Assembly (NCBI RefSeq): GCF_009914755.1
Contig: NC_060928.1
Origin: the human T2T-CHM13v2.0 reference genome, Homo sapiens
Direction: 5' to 3' (one strand)
DNA: 64,000 bases
Shown here: positions 13,148 through 27,722 of the stretch, in pieces
How positions within the stretch are numbered: position 1 is the first letter of the stretch
Layout of the letters: every line of letters begins with the position of its first letter
Translations under genes and position numbers: made by a program
The notes under the pieces: model-generated
The model's database searches: none
What the model saw: the letters and a program-made list of their open reading frames with translations, nothing else
Told to the model about the DNA's origin: nothing

Positions 13148-15955
13148 TTATTGGGTGGAGGCTTTCTGAGATGGAGCTCAAGGAGGGTTTCAAGAAGAAG
13201 ACATTAGAATAAAAAGTCCTTGAGAGCAGAAAGCTTTATATGGAATAAAAGTTCAACACCCTTCATGTTGTGTCTTCTGCGAGCATTACACTAAATCTGG
13301 GAAGGGTCATCAGGTGATCTGACTGAGATGAAAATATGGTCTCAGTTATGTTAGACAGATTGGAAGGAGTTTGGAGACCAAAGTGGAGGAAAGCAAGAAA
13401 AGTATAATAGAAAGTGTCTGTGCAATGCACATATTAAGTACTAAATGATTCAGCCCAATAAGGTGAAATATGACAAAGTTTGGAGTAATTAACAAACACC
13501 TGTAGGCGTGTTGGGAGACTCATGATCTTACTATGACAACAAGGTGAGATGACTGCCCTGAAAGGACTCTTGGTGGGGTTTCCCTGCAGGTAAAGGGGAG
13601 GAAAGATGATAGGCAGAGCTTGGTGCTCCTCCAGCCCTGCTTCAACCAGAACAAATCCTTTTATCTGTTTTACACTTCGGGTCCTATGTAAGATTTCATT
13701 TGGAAAAATATGTTTACCTGGTAGGAAAAAAGAAATTAAAGGTGACTAATCTAGCCCCCTATTTACAGAGGCCCAGAACAGTGGCATGACCTGCCCAGGA
13801 AAACTCAACAAGGATGTACTCCAGGTGTTCTTCCTCAGATGAAGAATCCATATCATGGCCCACAGGAGGCTTGACAAGCCCACTTTTACCCTGTTGCCCA
13901 TGGGTCGCTAATAGATAATCTCAGTTGGCATCTGTTGGACACATCCTATTGTGCCAGGCACTATTCTTAATTTCGTACTTAGATATTTTTTAGCTATTAC
14001 TATATGTCATCTATTCGTGGACATTATATTCATAAATTAATATTTCTGAAACCAGCTGCCTCTCACAATCAATGGCAATGTAGATTCAATGAAGTACCAT
14101 AAACCTAAGCCTCACATTTGTGAGGTAGCTACTATTGTCATCCACTTTAGAGATGAGAAACTGGAGACACAGAGGGATGAGGAAACCTGCCCAAGGTCAC
14201 ACTTAATAAATGGTGATGGGATAGCTACTGCTAAGACACGAATATTGCTACTGGCACGGTGATACAGCGGCCTAGGATGATTTCTGTTAGTGTTAGGAAT
14301 GGACGTGATTAATACGGGAACTGTGGTGAGGGTGGCAGAAAATCCCTGGCATTGTATAAAATGAAGAGCACCTTGTTGGCAATGGGAAGCCTAAGACTCA
14401 CATATCTGTATGTTTTCTATAAACTCTGCTCACTCTAACTCCTTTATTCACAGGAAAAACTATCAGTCTTTAATGAAAAAGTAAGAAACTTTGACTTTAA
14501 ATGATATATGTAAGTCCATTAAAACTTTCTTGCAAATAGCAGGGATTAACTCATTAAATGTTAGTTCCCTGCCTTTTTTCAGAAATTGAGGAAAAGCTTT
14601 CTTGTGGATCACACTTTTTTAAAAAGTGTGATAGTAGTGGCTGCTATCGCTGATGATAGAAAGTAAGCTTTGGGGAATGTGGTGGTTAGAACTTTGACAA
14701 TCCCAGCCGATTTCTAAATAGATTTATAACGTGAAATAATTTTCCTAGCTACACAAAAGATAAGAAAAGCATTTTTGGCAAGAGAAGAGTAGCTATAATT
14801 GTTTAAGCTCACTGGAATATCATGGTGGAGGGGAGCGGTGAAGGTAATTTAAATTAATTGCTAAGGTCAGGTGCAGAATGTCTTAATTGCAAGAAAGGTG
14901 AATAAGAACAAGACCAACAGGGGAGCTTAGTGTACTTCCGCTTTGTGTGTGTATGAGGTGGGGAAAATACATGGTTTCCCTGTCACTTAATGAGAGCAAA
15001 TAGGCAAATGACGTGTATTTAGCATACTTCACCTAAGAGGTCTGCGGCTTAGGAACATGCTGAGTCAATTTGTTACTTGAGAATTTACATAACTTTGGTA
15101 ATGGACTTCCCCAAAAATGGAATTCTAAGCAACCTCATATCCCTAGCTGGGGAGGGCTGAGATTTCCTTTTTCCTCTATCTTGGACAGTCCAAATTATGA
15201 GGTGGATACAAACCAGACCTCATTCTCTCCACCCACATTTTCCTTTACCTAACAACAAAAAAGGTTTTTCCTACAAGCTTAGTCACTGGCAGATTAAATA
15301 GCATTCTGAAAATTAGGAGGTAAGGTGACAGAATTGCTTTCAAGGAATTTTTTAAACTCTAAGTTGAGGATTCTTAAATTCATTATTCAGCATTTACCAT
15401 AAAAATGTGCCAATCTGAAAGATAAAATGACTTGCCATTAAAACAATAAATAGGAAGCATTACATCATCAGAAAACATTTATTGAGCATATGTGTGTTTG
15501 GTATTTCTCTAGATGCTATCAGGTCACTACTCTGTGAAGACACGAGCCAAACCATAATTACACACATGCTTGAGAAAACGAAAGCATGCTGGCCTTTATG
15601 TGTGAAGATGACAGAAATCATGATGAGACCAATATGCATTTGAGATGATTTTTCAGTTACATGGAGTTTTCCTTCCATAATTTCTGTAGGCCATTTACTG
15701 CTGGTGACCCATGTGAATGTCATGATTTTTATACGATGAGCAAGAGGTAAAAGGGTAGCCTTTGCTCATAAAATGATTTTTGTCTTTGAGATCTCCATAG
15801 TAATTAAAACCATGAGCAAATACTTAGCGTCATACTATGACTGAAGCTTCAGTAAAAATAACCTAGACTTATATGAATTTGGAGAAAGGCTTATAAAACA
15901 CATATTAGTGTAAAACACTAGGAAGATAACGGAAGTCATGACATTAGTTACTTTT

Positions 15956-16677
15956 TTGTTATTTTATTTTATTTTAATTACACTTTAAGTTCTGGGGTAA
16001 ATGTGCAGAACGTGCAGGTTTGTTACAAAGGTATACACCTGCCATGGTGGTTTGCTGCACCCATCAAACCATCAACTACATTAGGTATTTCTCCTAATGC
16101 TATCCCTCCCCCACCCCCCACCCCATAACAGGCCCTGGTGTGTGATGTTCCCCTCCCTGTGTCCATGTGTTCTCATTGTTCAGTTCCCACTTATGAATGA
16201 GTACCTGTGGTGTTTGGTTTTCTATTCTTGTGTTAGTTTGCTGAGAATGATGGTTTCCAGCTTCATCCATGTCCCTGCAAAGGACACAAACTCATCCTTT
16301 TTTATGGCTGCGTAGTATTCCATGGTGTATATGTGCCACATTTTCTTTATCCAGTCTACCATTGATGGGCATTTGGGTTGGTTCCAAGTCTTTGCTATTG
16401 TGAACAGTGCCACAATAAACATACATATGTATGTGTCTTTAGAGTAGAATGATTTATAGTCCCTTGGGTATATACTCAGTAATGAGATTTCTGGGTCAAA
16501 TGGTATTTCTGGTTCTAGATCCTTGAGGAAATGCCACACTGTCTTCCCCAATGGTTGAACTAATTTACACTCCCACCAACAGTGTAAAAGCTTTCCTATT
16601 TCTCCACATCCTCTCCAGCATCTATTGTTTCATGACCTTCTAATGATCGCCATTCTAATTGGCATGAGATGGTATCT
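15956..16677 (-). mobile_element. 5'-truncated L1PA element
   Basis: ORF 16222-16551 encodes the L1 ORF2 C-terminus (EIPFDP...[13 protein letters not shown]); 17-bp TSD tgacattagttactttt at 15939-15955 and 16678-16694. Confidence 0.95.
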
Positions 16678-18594
16678 TGACATTAGTTACTTTTGAATTC
16701 ATCTATTGGAGAAAATTAATTGGAGACATTATTATGGAACAAGAGCTCAGCTATATAACATGCTGTTGGCACTCCTTTGTTAGGCTTTGCAGTAGAATTC
16801 ATCTTGACAATATTGGGTTACATTATTTGGTCATTTTTTTCACTTTATTTTAGGGAGGAGAACCTCAGATAACTGCCTTCTGTCACAGTGTAATGCAAGG
16901 ATCTCATCTGAGTCTTGACCACTGCTGTCTTTCCATGGCCTGGCACAATGCCTGGCATGGAAAGGTCCTTACTAAATATTTGATGCATAAAAAATTGATT
17001 GGATTAATTAGTTGATTATTGGCATGTACAAGAAATATAATTAGATATAGCAGGAAACCAGTCACCAGCTGAATCCTGATTCTTGCAGATAGAATAAGAT
17101 TTAGTGAGCATCAGAATGGGAGACCACCCACAGCCTATTCACCCAGGCGTCATGAAAATAGGTGACCTTGGTTCTAGAAAATTATGACGATGACTTCCCT
17201 ATAGTTACATCCACCCAAAAAAGCCTGCAAGTGTGCTTTAGATAAGATGAACCGTTTTCATTCGTGAAGCAGATGCACTTGTTAATTAACAAAGAAGCGG
17301 TCAGTTAAGCAGGGCTAGGCAAACGCCTTGAGCAGTTAAAAAAATTTCCTGCAGAAAAGCATTTCTTTTGATGATAACTTTAAAAAATAATTTGTGTAGT
17401 TTCTTTTTCAGTAGCTGGGCTTGATCTGTACCGTGCAGTATTATTAGCATTTGTTAACAACAGAAGTGGTAAGGAAATTACTCACCACAATTGTTATACC
17501 GGGTTATTAGAGGCAGAGAGAGAAGAGTGGCCTTTGTGAGTACTCAGTTCAGATCACTGCAGTCAGCAGAGGTGTGGGCCACAGTGGGGAAGGATGTGAG
17601 AATGGAGGAAGCAATTGGCTTGCCTAGGTTTCTTGTGAAGCATTAAAATAGGTAATTGCAAGCCACCAAGTTTGGCAAGGGCAATCAGTTTTATTTGTTC
17701 TAGAAGAGAAAAAGCGTCACTGGGGAGTAAGTTCAGATGGGGAATAATGCAGCTCTAAAGTTTCTTGTAGTTTGAATTTCATGAAATAGAAAATAGAAGT
17801 AAGAAATATAATATGTATGTTAATATAGAAATCATAGAAATGAGGTGATGTCTTATGGAAACAGTACGTATTTTTTTTTTAAGTGTGCACAAATTAGATA
17901 AATGTGCACAGGAAATCAGTTATTTCTCGTGGATGAGTTGGTGCCATGGATTTGGGTTCTGGCTGTGAATTTGTGTGTCCCATGTGCTTTGGTCCCTATG
18001 TGTCTGTGTATAACGAGGGCATCTTTGCTCATTTAAAATTCACTCATTCAACAAGTATTTACTGAGCACCAACTAGTCACACTTCTCATAATTTTGTGTG
18101 TGTGTGAAAAATTGGGACACTCTTTAGCTGTGTTTTATTGGGCACAATTTGCAAGTGTTTTAGCAGGGACTTCCGAGCACATCTGGTGCTTTTGTGGAAA
18201 TGCAAAAAACAAAACAACTCCTTTTCTGTGCAAAAAAATTATCTTCAAAAGTACCTCTTCCTCTGCGAGGAGGAAGATGTATGCTAGGACACAGGGCTTG
18301 GTGAGGGGGGTGCACTGTAGATTTCAGACCCTACCCAACCCTCACCTGGGCACCATTTTGCAGTACACAAAAGGCATACCTGTATGTACAAACTGGTCTT
18401 AGATGAAGCCTCACAAAAATCAGTGTGAATTTTGTTCAGCTTTTGGTGGTTTGGACCTAGAGGGGAGAATTCCTTTAAACCTTGTTAGTCAAAGAATCTC
18501 TACACCAAACACTTCTGGCTCTCAGTTGTCCATCTGCCAAATGAGGGAATTATACTAAATTCCTTTTTCTCTTTTTCTGAAAAAATAAGTATTT

Positions 18595-18845
18595 GGTTAC
18601 AATAGTAGAAAGGTCGAGAGCATGACTCCAAAGAGTCAGACTGCCTGAATTTGATCCTGGCTCTATGACTTAAGCACAATTTGACCTTGAAGAAGCTGTC
18701 TGAGCCTCAGTTTCATTATTTGTAAAATGGAGCTAATGATATTACCTAATACCCAGTTCATAGAGTTATTATGAGAAATGAGAGAATGCATGTAAAGCAT
18801 GTAGTATGACTGGAAGTGAGTGCTTAATAATCGTTAGCTATCATC
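18595..18845 (+). mobile_element. MIR SINE
   Basis: gagtcagactgcctgaatttgatcctggctctatgactt...ctgagcctcagtttcattatttgtaaaatgg...tgcatgtaaagca. Confidence 0.8.
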
Positions 18846-19255
18846 ACCATCATTATTATGTAGTCAGTGTGATTCTGTATCTCCAGAAAACCAGGGGCGG
18901 CCAAGCCCCATCTTCTACCTAAGAGTTCTAGCATCACTCATGTCACCACCCCACAGTCTGTCTGCATTTGCCACTCACCCAATTACAACACCCTCCAATC
19001 ATTTGTCTATAGTAAATAAGAGCATTCATTTTGTAAGCCTTGACAAGGCTACTTCCTCTTTCTCCTAACACTACTGTAATACCCTGCAGATGTTTGCTGC
19101 CTTTCTAGGAGAAAGTCCAGTGGCAGACAGTTTTGCCTGAAACAAATGATTGTTATTTATACTAAGACTACAGCATGCTCCCCGAAATGGCCTCTAGAGA
19201 GTCTTAAAAAATATTCCCTCAAGCAAAGAAAATCCTAATGCACCTAAGAAGACAG

Positions 19256-19687
19256 TGTATCAGCTAGCTACAGTTGTGTAACCAACAACACCAAAACTTT
19301 AGTGGTTAAAAACAACCAACATTTATTATTTCTTATGAGCCTGTGGATTGGCTTCATAGCTCAGCTCATCTGGGGTAGGCTTAACTGATCTTGGCTGGGC
19401 TTGCTCATTTATCTGGGATTAAAGGCAGATTGGCCTTGGCTGAGACAACTCAGTTCTTCTCAACATGGCTCTCACATCCCTCCAGCAGGCTAGCCTGGTC
19501 ATACTCTGATGGGGGTCCAAGAAAGAAAGTGGAAACAAGCAAATCCCTTTCCAAGCCTTTGCTGGTGTCTCATTAGCCAAAGCAAACCACATGGCCAAAC
19601 CCAGAGTCAGCACGGAGGGCTAGCACCAAAGGGTAAGGATAGAGGGAGGCATGAATATTGGGGCCATTATTGCAGTCCAGCTACACA
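19256..19687 (-). mobile_element. MaLR LTR (MLT1-type)
   Basis: tgtatcagctagctacagttgtgtaaccaacaacaccaaaactttagtggttaaaaacaaccaacatttattattt...gccaaagcaaaccacatggccaaacccagagtc. Confidence 0.7.
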
Positions 19688-19714
19688 TGATGATGATTAT
19701 GTCATTTTTAAAAA

Positions 19715-20314
19715 ATAATTTCAACTTTTAGTTTAAATTCAGGGGATACATGTGCAGGTTTTTTACGTATGCATGTTGCATGACACTGTGTTTTGGGGTA
19801 AGAATGATCACTACCTAGGTAGTGAGCATAATACCCAATAGGTAGGTTTTCAGCCTTTGCTCTCTTCCCTCTCTAGCAGTCTCCAGTGTTTCCCATGTTT
19901 ATGTCCATATGTACCCAATGTTTAGCTCCCACTTGTAATCATAAGAGAAATGCAAATCAAAACCACAGTGAGATACTATCTCACACCAGTCAAATGGCTA
20001 ATAATAAAAAGTCCAAAAATAATAGATGTTGGCGAGGCTATGGATAGAAGGGAATGTAAATTAGTTCAGCCACTGTGGGAAACAGTTTGGATATTTCTCA
20101 GATAACTAAAAACAGAACTACCATTTGACCCAGCAATCTCATGCTTGTTATATACCCAAAGGAATATGGATTGTTCTACCATAAGACACATGTACATGTA
20201 TGTTCATTGCAGCACTATTCAAAATAGCAAAGACATGGAATCAACCTAGGTGCCCATATTCAGTGGATTGGATAAAGAAAATGTGGTACATATACACCAT
20301 GTAATACTACACAG
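19715..20314. mobile_element. Old L1PA/L1PB fragment with 5' inversion
   Basis: 19715-19938 is L1 3'UTR in minus orientation; 19939-20314 is ORF2 3' sequence in plus orientation (agagaaatgcaaatcaaaaccacagtgagatac...aaatgtggtacatatacaccat). Confidence 0.85.
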
Positions 20315-22624
20315 TAAATATTAAAGATTTCTAGCTTATAATTTCATCTAGTAGTTTCATTGTTTCAAAATTTAGACACTATTATGGTTTGTAAATATAG
20401 ATATATACTCGAATGTCTTGTTTTAGTCATAGAAGATGTAACTGAAAAGCAGTACAAAACCCAGGAACAGGTGTTAGTTTCTAATTAAATGATAAAATAA
20501 TGTCTGAAGAGTTCTGTTTTATTTTTGACTTTTCTGCACACCTCAGTTGAGGTGATCTCACGAAGATGTTAATTGCCAACTGCCAGAGCAGCTAAACAAC
20601 CTCTCTGTGCCCCATACAGTGCTTTATGGAAGTTTCAGTCTGGGAGAGCCACAGGTTGCCCCAAAAGAGCCTATGGGCTCTGTGAATGCTTTAGACGCAG
20701 AACAGAAAGCAGGCAAACAAGCAGGCATTTAAGGAATGTTAAAGATAAAGTGAAATATTGATCAAATTCTCTTCATGATCTTTTAATTTGTACTTTTGGA
20801 AATCCACGAGCAAAGTTCTTCTAAGGCTGATAAAAATGTGAATTTCTCTCTACTGGTATAAGAATGAATCAAGCAATGAATTATGCAGTTAAATCACCTG
20901 GTAGAGAATGCCACTTAAGACAGTGTGGAAGATGAGCTCCCGTTTACACACAATTGGCTGCAACATCCAACTAAGAAGGGGCAGGGGCAGAGGGCACCAA
21001 TCAAAGAGCTGGCTCCAGCTGGTTTGCAAACCCACGGTTATTATGACCCACAAGTCTTCCAAGGTGGTTGTCTATTGGAATTCTCATTGGACTTTAGCTG
21101 TAGGAGCTGCAAAAATATTCTCAAGATTAGTAAATATACCCTCTAATTACATCTCCACCCTCTGCCACAGCAACACAATTGCTCACACCCTTAAATAAAC
21201 CTCCACTTGTTTATTTGAAGACACCATGTGGTCTGTTCTCTAAATATTTCACCAAATGGGCTCAACATTCTTTTATAGGACCTAGTTTCCAATAATGCTA
21301 TCATTTTTTCCCTAGTTTTTCTCTAGACATCACACTTTGCTACATCTGCTCTTAAATGTGGTGACAGTGCTGTCCCAGGTGTGGTAAGTTGGGATAGTTC
21401 CCAGGCCCCACATTTTGTGTGCCCCCTCCCCCCGCCGCCACTTCCTCCTCTCCCCACAATATAATGACAGGTGACTAGGAAATGACTCAAGAGGTGGAGT
21501 GTGGAGGAACAAGAGGAGGCTTTCAGCACAAGTGTGGAAAAAAAACTTGAGGGTTTCATATATGTGTATTCAGTTAATAAACTCCTCCTTCCTCACCAAA
21601 GACAAAGATAGTAGAAGAGTCCTTTCCTCGTTCCACAGACTTTCAGAATGGACATGTCTAATTAAGATTCCTGTCTCCTTCTAAGTTTATCCTTAATAAT
21701 CACTGAAACAAGAGATTGCTTATAAACTGAAAGCACCAAATGATGTGATTTGCCCACACCTGTCTCACTGCACCAACTACAATGACCCCAGGTGATAGCC
21801 AATATCTGTTATGACTCTCTTAATTGCAAAACAAGCAAATACACAAAAAACTTCAGCTTTTCTAAGTCACTTTTCTAACAATGCAGACTGACACATGTTT
21901 CTCTTTTGATCAGTGCTCCAGTGCCCACTATATTCAGGTTTGGTCTACTCCAACTCTCAGGTCTTTTTTTCCTTGTTTCTTTTTTCCTTATTTCTTTCCT
22001 TCACTACTGAAATCCGAGTACTTTCTCACAAAAGTAGCTGAAGTGGGTTGGTTGTGTGCATGTTGAGGAAGGATATCCCTACAGGTCCAGCTTTACATGC
22101 TTGCCTAGAATGTTGCTTCATTCTATTCTAATTTGGAGTTTCTACAAGTGTTTTTCAAATAAATGGTAAGGAGTTATGAATAAAAGTTCTCTACCATTGA
22201 ATGTGTAGGGGAAAAGAATGAAAGTAGGCTCCTGTATTGCAGGGCTTTTCTTAGTGTCTAATACGCTATTTCAGCTATGACTATCCAAGAGTGCGAATGT
22301 GACCATGGAGGCTCCTCTTCATGGAGCATCACTGGGACAAGTCCTCCAGGATCCATTCTGGGAACTCTGGTCCTACTTGCCACAGGCATATCCCCAGCAG
22401 AGATGAGGAGTAGCCCTCCCAAGGGACGCTGCTAAAACAGAACAAGCTCCCTCTGGCCAGGCTTTTGTCCAGTCACTGGGCCTCAATAGCTGATTTTCAG
22501 TTGCCACCCCTCAGGCAAATGGGGAGATTCTATAAGATGCCTTTAAATTGGTCTTTGTTAGTGATCTAGCATGCAAGATCTCCCATTTATTTTCTCCCAT
22601 TTATTTTCAGAGTCTAGAGTTTTA

Positions 22625-24520
22625 CATCATTCACTCATTCAAACAATAGTCATTGAATACTTGTGCCAGGCAAATGGGCAAATGGACCAAGAATCCCAGC
22701 CCTTATGGAGCTTATAGTCTTGTGGGTAGAGACAGATAATGAACAGATAATAACATTAAAAAGGAAATATATCAGACAGATGATTTCCTAGGAGGAAAAA
22801 AAGCAGAGGAGGATGGGGAATATGGGTGCCGAGAAAGCAATTAGATGTTCAAGTCTGGAGTTTGGGAGAGAGTTCTGGGTAGAGACATAAATCTGGGAGC
22901 AATCAGCATGCTCAAAGTGCATGTTCAAAGCAGAGAACCTGGTTGAGATCACCAAGGAAGCTAGTGTGGATTGTGAAAAGAGGAGGTATGAAAACTAAGC
23001 CTCAAAGTTTAAACACTTCAAAGTTTAAAGTTTGGGGTGATGAGGAGCAATCAGCAAAGGTAACTGGAAAGAAACATACACTGACAGGGGAGGAAAACCA
23101 AGAGTGGAAGCCAGGTGAAGAAAGAGTGATTGATCCAATGAAATACCGAGAGATGAAGTAAGATGTAGTCTGCTAGTTGGCTGGGATATAGCAATGTGCA
23201 AGTCATTAGTGAACTTGAAAATGGCTATTTCAATGAATTAGGACAAAAATTAAGTTAAAATTGGGTTTAAGAGAGAATGGAAGGAAAGAAGAGACAGCAG
23301 GAAGAAGTAATTATTTCAAAGACTTTTGCCGTAAACAGGAGCAGAGAAATTAAATAATAGAAAATGTCAAGGAGTCAAAACTATTTTTCAGATGGGAAAA
23401 GCAATAGCCTGTTTTTATGCTAATGGAAATGACCATTAGAAATGGGAAAACTGAACATAACAGAGGAATGGGCGGAGAATTTCTGCAGTGATGACTATGA
23501 GTGATGAAGTGAAGATGGGACCTAGTTGTGCAGCTGGAAGGCTTGCCCTTAGGAGCACAAAGTGTTCCTCCAGTGTAACGGGAGGAAAGGCTGAATATAT
23601 GGACACAGATACAGCTAGGTGAGAGGATATCACGGTGGGGGCATGAACAAGTTCTCTTCTGGTTGCTTCTCTTTTCTCAGAGAAAATGGAAGCTAGGTCA
23701 TTAGCTGAAAGTGGGGCAGGGAAGGAAGTACTGGAGAAGAGGGTAAGATACAAAATAATATGGGAGTTGGAGAAAGTAAATGGACAAGAGAATTTAGTGA
23801 GATTAACAGGCAGCCCTAGGGCCCATTTGAGGCTGATGGTCATGTATGGATGGGTATTTTTCTCCAGCCAAGTGCATTTGTATGCATAGGAACACAGAGT
23901 AGGTGTAGATATGGATTTAAACAGGGCTGTACTTTTGTCAAGCAAAGACAATGATGTGAGAAAGGAAATGATAATGATAGATAAGGAGAGAAGTGATGAT
24001 ATGAGGATGGAGTAAGGGACAATCCATAGCTAGTAGGATCAATAAGTTGTAAGTGGTGAAGAGGAGGATTTTTGGAGGTGGGGCACTAGAGAGAGTAAGC
24101 TGGAACAATAAGATGTAGTGGTCAGCGGGTTGGATGCTTGGAATTGAGGTTATAAAGGGATTTAAATAATTTATAATGACAAGATCTGGTGGAATATGAC
24201 TGTGAAAGTGGGTGGCAGAGAATGGTGTAGACATGATCTTTGAAATGGATGAAGTCAAGGCACTGACAGGCCAGAATACCAGAAGGATTATGTGAACATT
24301 TAAATCACCAAGGATTGTCAGGAGTAACGGTGAAGGGAATGACAGTTAGGAGCTAAAATTTTAAGGACTGAGGGAAAAGGACTCTGATGGTGGGGGAGTG
24401 TAGAAGACTGAAACAAGGAGACGTGGCTGGGCATGTTGGGCTTATGGCACGCAACTCCAAGCAGGTGTTGTATTTTTAAGGTGAAGGGAGCAACAATAGA
24501 CTGGAATTAGCAACGAAGGG
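22625..24520 (-). mobile_element. L2 LINE remnant including endonuclease-proximal ORF2 sequence
   Basis: L2 3' end cattcactcattcaaacaat...; ORFs 23436-23951 and 23938-24258 contain L2/CR1-like motifs (DLASIFSEKREATRREL; HxHxHxxDLVI...DHYILLFQL). Confidence 0.75.
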
Positions 24521-24590
24521 CAAGCCATTTGCCAAGTTGTCTTCTTTCCTCTTTATTTCTAGTAACTTCTATAGTACATCCTTCCAATGA

Positions 24591-25143
<553 letters not shown>

Positions 25144-27722
25144 GTCCTAGGGAAAAGTTTGGAAAGGTTTGTCTTTGTGGGCCTATGCATTGTTATAGAG
25201 TGTGGTCCGTACTTTTCATCACATCCTTGAAAATATTCCTGACCCAAGAAGATGAAGACAAAGCCCCTTATTTTTTTTAATGAGAAAATGTAACTTTACT
25301 TGGTTTTTAAAAATCTTTCTTAATTGGGGATGGCAGTGGGTCTTGGGAATGGGAAGTTTGTTAAAATCTGGGACATACCAAATTCAGTAAAACATGGTGG
25401 TATCTTTTCCATAACATTCAGGTTCTGAAGCCTCCGTGCAGCAGAATCCATGGGCTAAACCACTGCTCTGTGCATCTCAGATCCTTTCTGTCCTCCCTTC
25501 CCACCCTCTAAAAATGCAAACTATGCTGGTGTAACTGACTCTGGGGTTCTCTGTCACTGCTGGTTTCTGCGTAGGAGTGTTGCACACACCAGGCTCAGTT
25601 AGCACCTGTGTTTTTATGATGTGAAAACTGCATATCCACCATATGAGCATTACCCCAAATTGTATAATTTTTTTCTCATAAAGTGGAAAAAAGAAGTTTC
25701 AGAATATGCATTCAACCTCTTCTAGCTTCCTATAGGGACAAGGTGGGTTAAGAATGGGGTTACTGAAGTTGAGGAGCCCTGAAGGCAGAGCCCCTTCTGA
25801 GGTGGTGATGTGGTGCCATTCAGCTTGCCTACTGTGTCCACTTTCTTGTTCCTTCACTTCCATGGCAAGGCTAGATCACCAGTGAATGCAGTTTCGTAAA
25901 TTTACTTGCTTACTTAGTAAAATGCTGGTCCTAGTTCCTTCACCACAGAACTTGGTCCTAATTACAGTCTTTACATTTACTTAGCCACCCTTTTCTTATT
26001 CAGTCAGGTTTCTGAGATGCCCAAACCAAGCCCAGGACATTTCTAAGCAGTTAGCACAAAGACAATAGGGGACAGTTTATAACTTGTTAGGAAAGAAAGA
26101 TTCTGGAGAAAACAGGGACCAGAAAATAAATCCTGAATTTAGTTCCCTTAGTAATACAATTGCCCATTTCTGGCCTAATGAGCATTAACACCTAATTGCC
26201 CCTGCATATATTGAGGGAAAATAAACATTAGCAGATAGAACATGTCTGCGAATGTACTCAGTGAAAGTGGCTTCTCCTTTCTCTCGCCTTTCTTTCCCCT
26301 TTTTAAAAAAATTTACTATTGGCTGTCATTCTCCCCTCTTTTCTCTTTCTACTCATCTACACACTGATCTCATATGCACACTTAACTCACACTTCACATG
26401 TCATCCACTGACATGCGTTCTCACTGTCAATTTTTCCCTGGGCAGTTCTAACAGGTCAATTTCTGTACAGATGCCTTGGTTTTAAGCTCTTACCTGATTC
26501 TCATCAGCAGTGGCCTGCGGGTCTGCAGGCTTCTTAGCATCCAAAGCAGCCCAACCAACCACAGAACTGGGTTGACCTGTGACCCTCTCCATCCCAGTAG
26601 TATTTGGATCAACTTTTGGAGGAGCCTACAGTGATATGCAGAAAGCCATGGAAGTCAGGAAAATTCTCTCTGGAGTGGAATTTTTCAAATGAGCAGCTTT
26701 GAGTGCCTCTAATCAGTGTTCTGGTTAGCCCATAAAACAGCTTAAAATACTGTTAGGACCACATTATCTTTAACAAAGGTACTGAGTCAATATTTAAAGT
26801 CAAGAGATATCACAACTTCTTTTATGTAACGCTGGGTCCTCATTCCAGCCAGAAAATCATTGGCCAGAGTTGATTAACTCCTGTGCGTCTTAGGTAGAGC
26901 ACATCTCCCCAGTTTGCCACAGTCCTCACCACTTCTCATCCATCCCAACTCCCTATCTTTTCACTCATTTATAGTATCTGCCTGGCTCAAGGAGGCATTT
27001 GTGTTGGGCACTAACTCCAGAACTACTGCAAGTGGATCACCAGCCCAGCCTGACAAGAGCCCAAACCTAGAGAGATAGACTATCCAGCTGTTGGTTGTGA
27101 AAACCCAAAAGGAAGGGCAGCCCAGGGTTCTATGCTGTTGCAGGCTCTTTTAGTACAATATATAGAACATCTGCTTTGGGAACAAACACTCCTAGGTCTA
27201 AGTTCATCTGTTTGATAGTTTAACTTTGGATGGTTCACTTAGCTGCTGTAAAATTTTTATAAAATGGAGATATTAACTGAGATATTGTTGTGAGGGTAAG
27301 AGATAATAGCACAATAAGTGTTAGCTACTATCCTTATCTGCTTCCCCTCTCCTTTCTGGCCCATATACCTTCTCAAGTATTAATGAGGACATAGGCGCAG
27401 TACCAATAAGTGTATGTCAGCAGGGGACAAGACTGAGGCCAGCAATATTGGCCAATAAAGCCAAACAACCTCAACCATGTCCCAGAGATTTCTGGGTGCC
27501 CAAAAGAGCAAGATGGGCAATACCTTGGCATAGCAGATGGCTTTCTGAAGTGCCTACAAACAGGACTTGAAACTTGTGAAATGTCTTATGTCTCTGCTGT
27601 GCTGATAGACCAGGAAAAAGGGGCCAAGAATCTGAATTGGAGCAGTGATAACAGAGAAAGAAAGGAAGGGGTGGATATAGTTAGAAATCTGTACAAATTA
27701 AAATTGATTGATATGTAAAGAG

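Noticed and set aside
22579-22608. 15-bp tandem duplication tctcccatttatttt
   Set aside because: Ordinary slippage duplication with no sign of function
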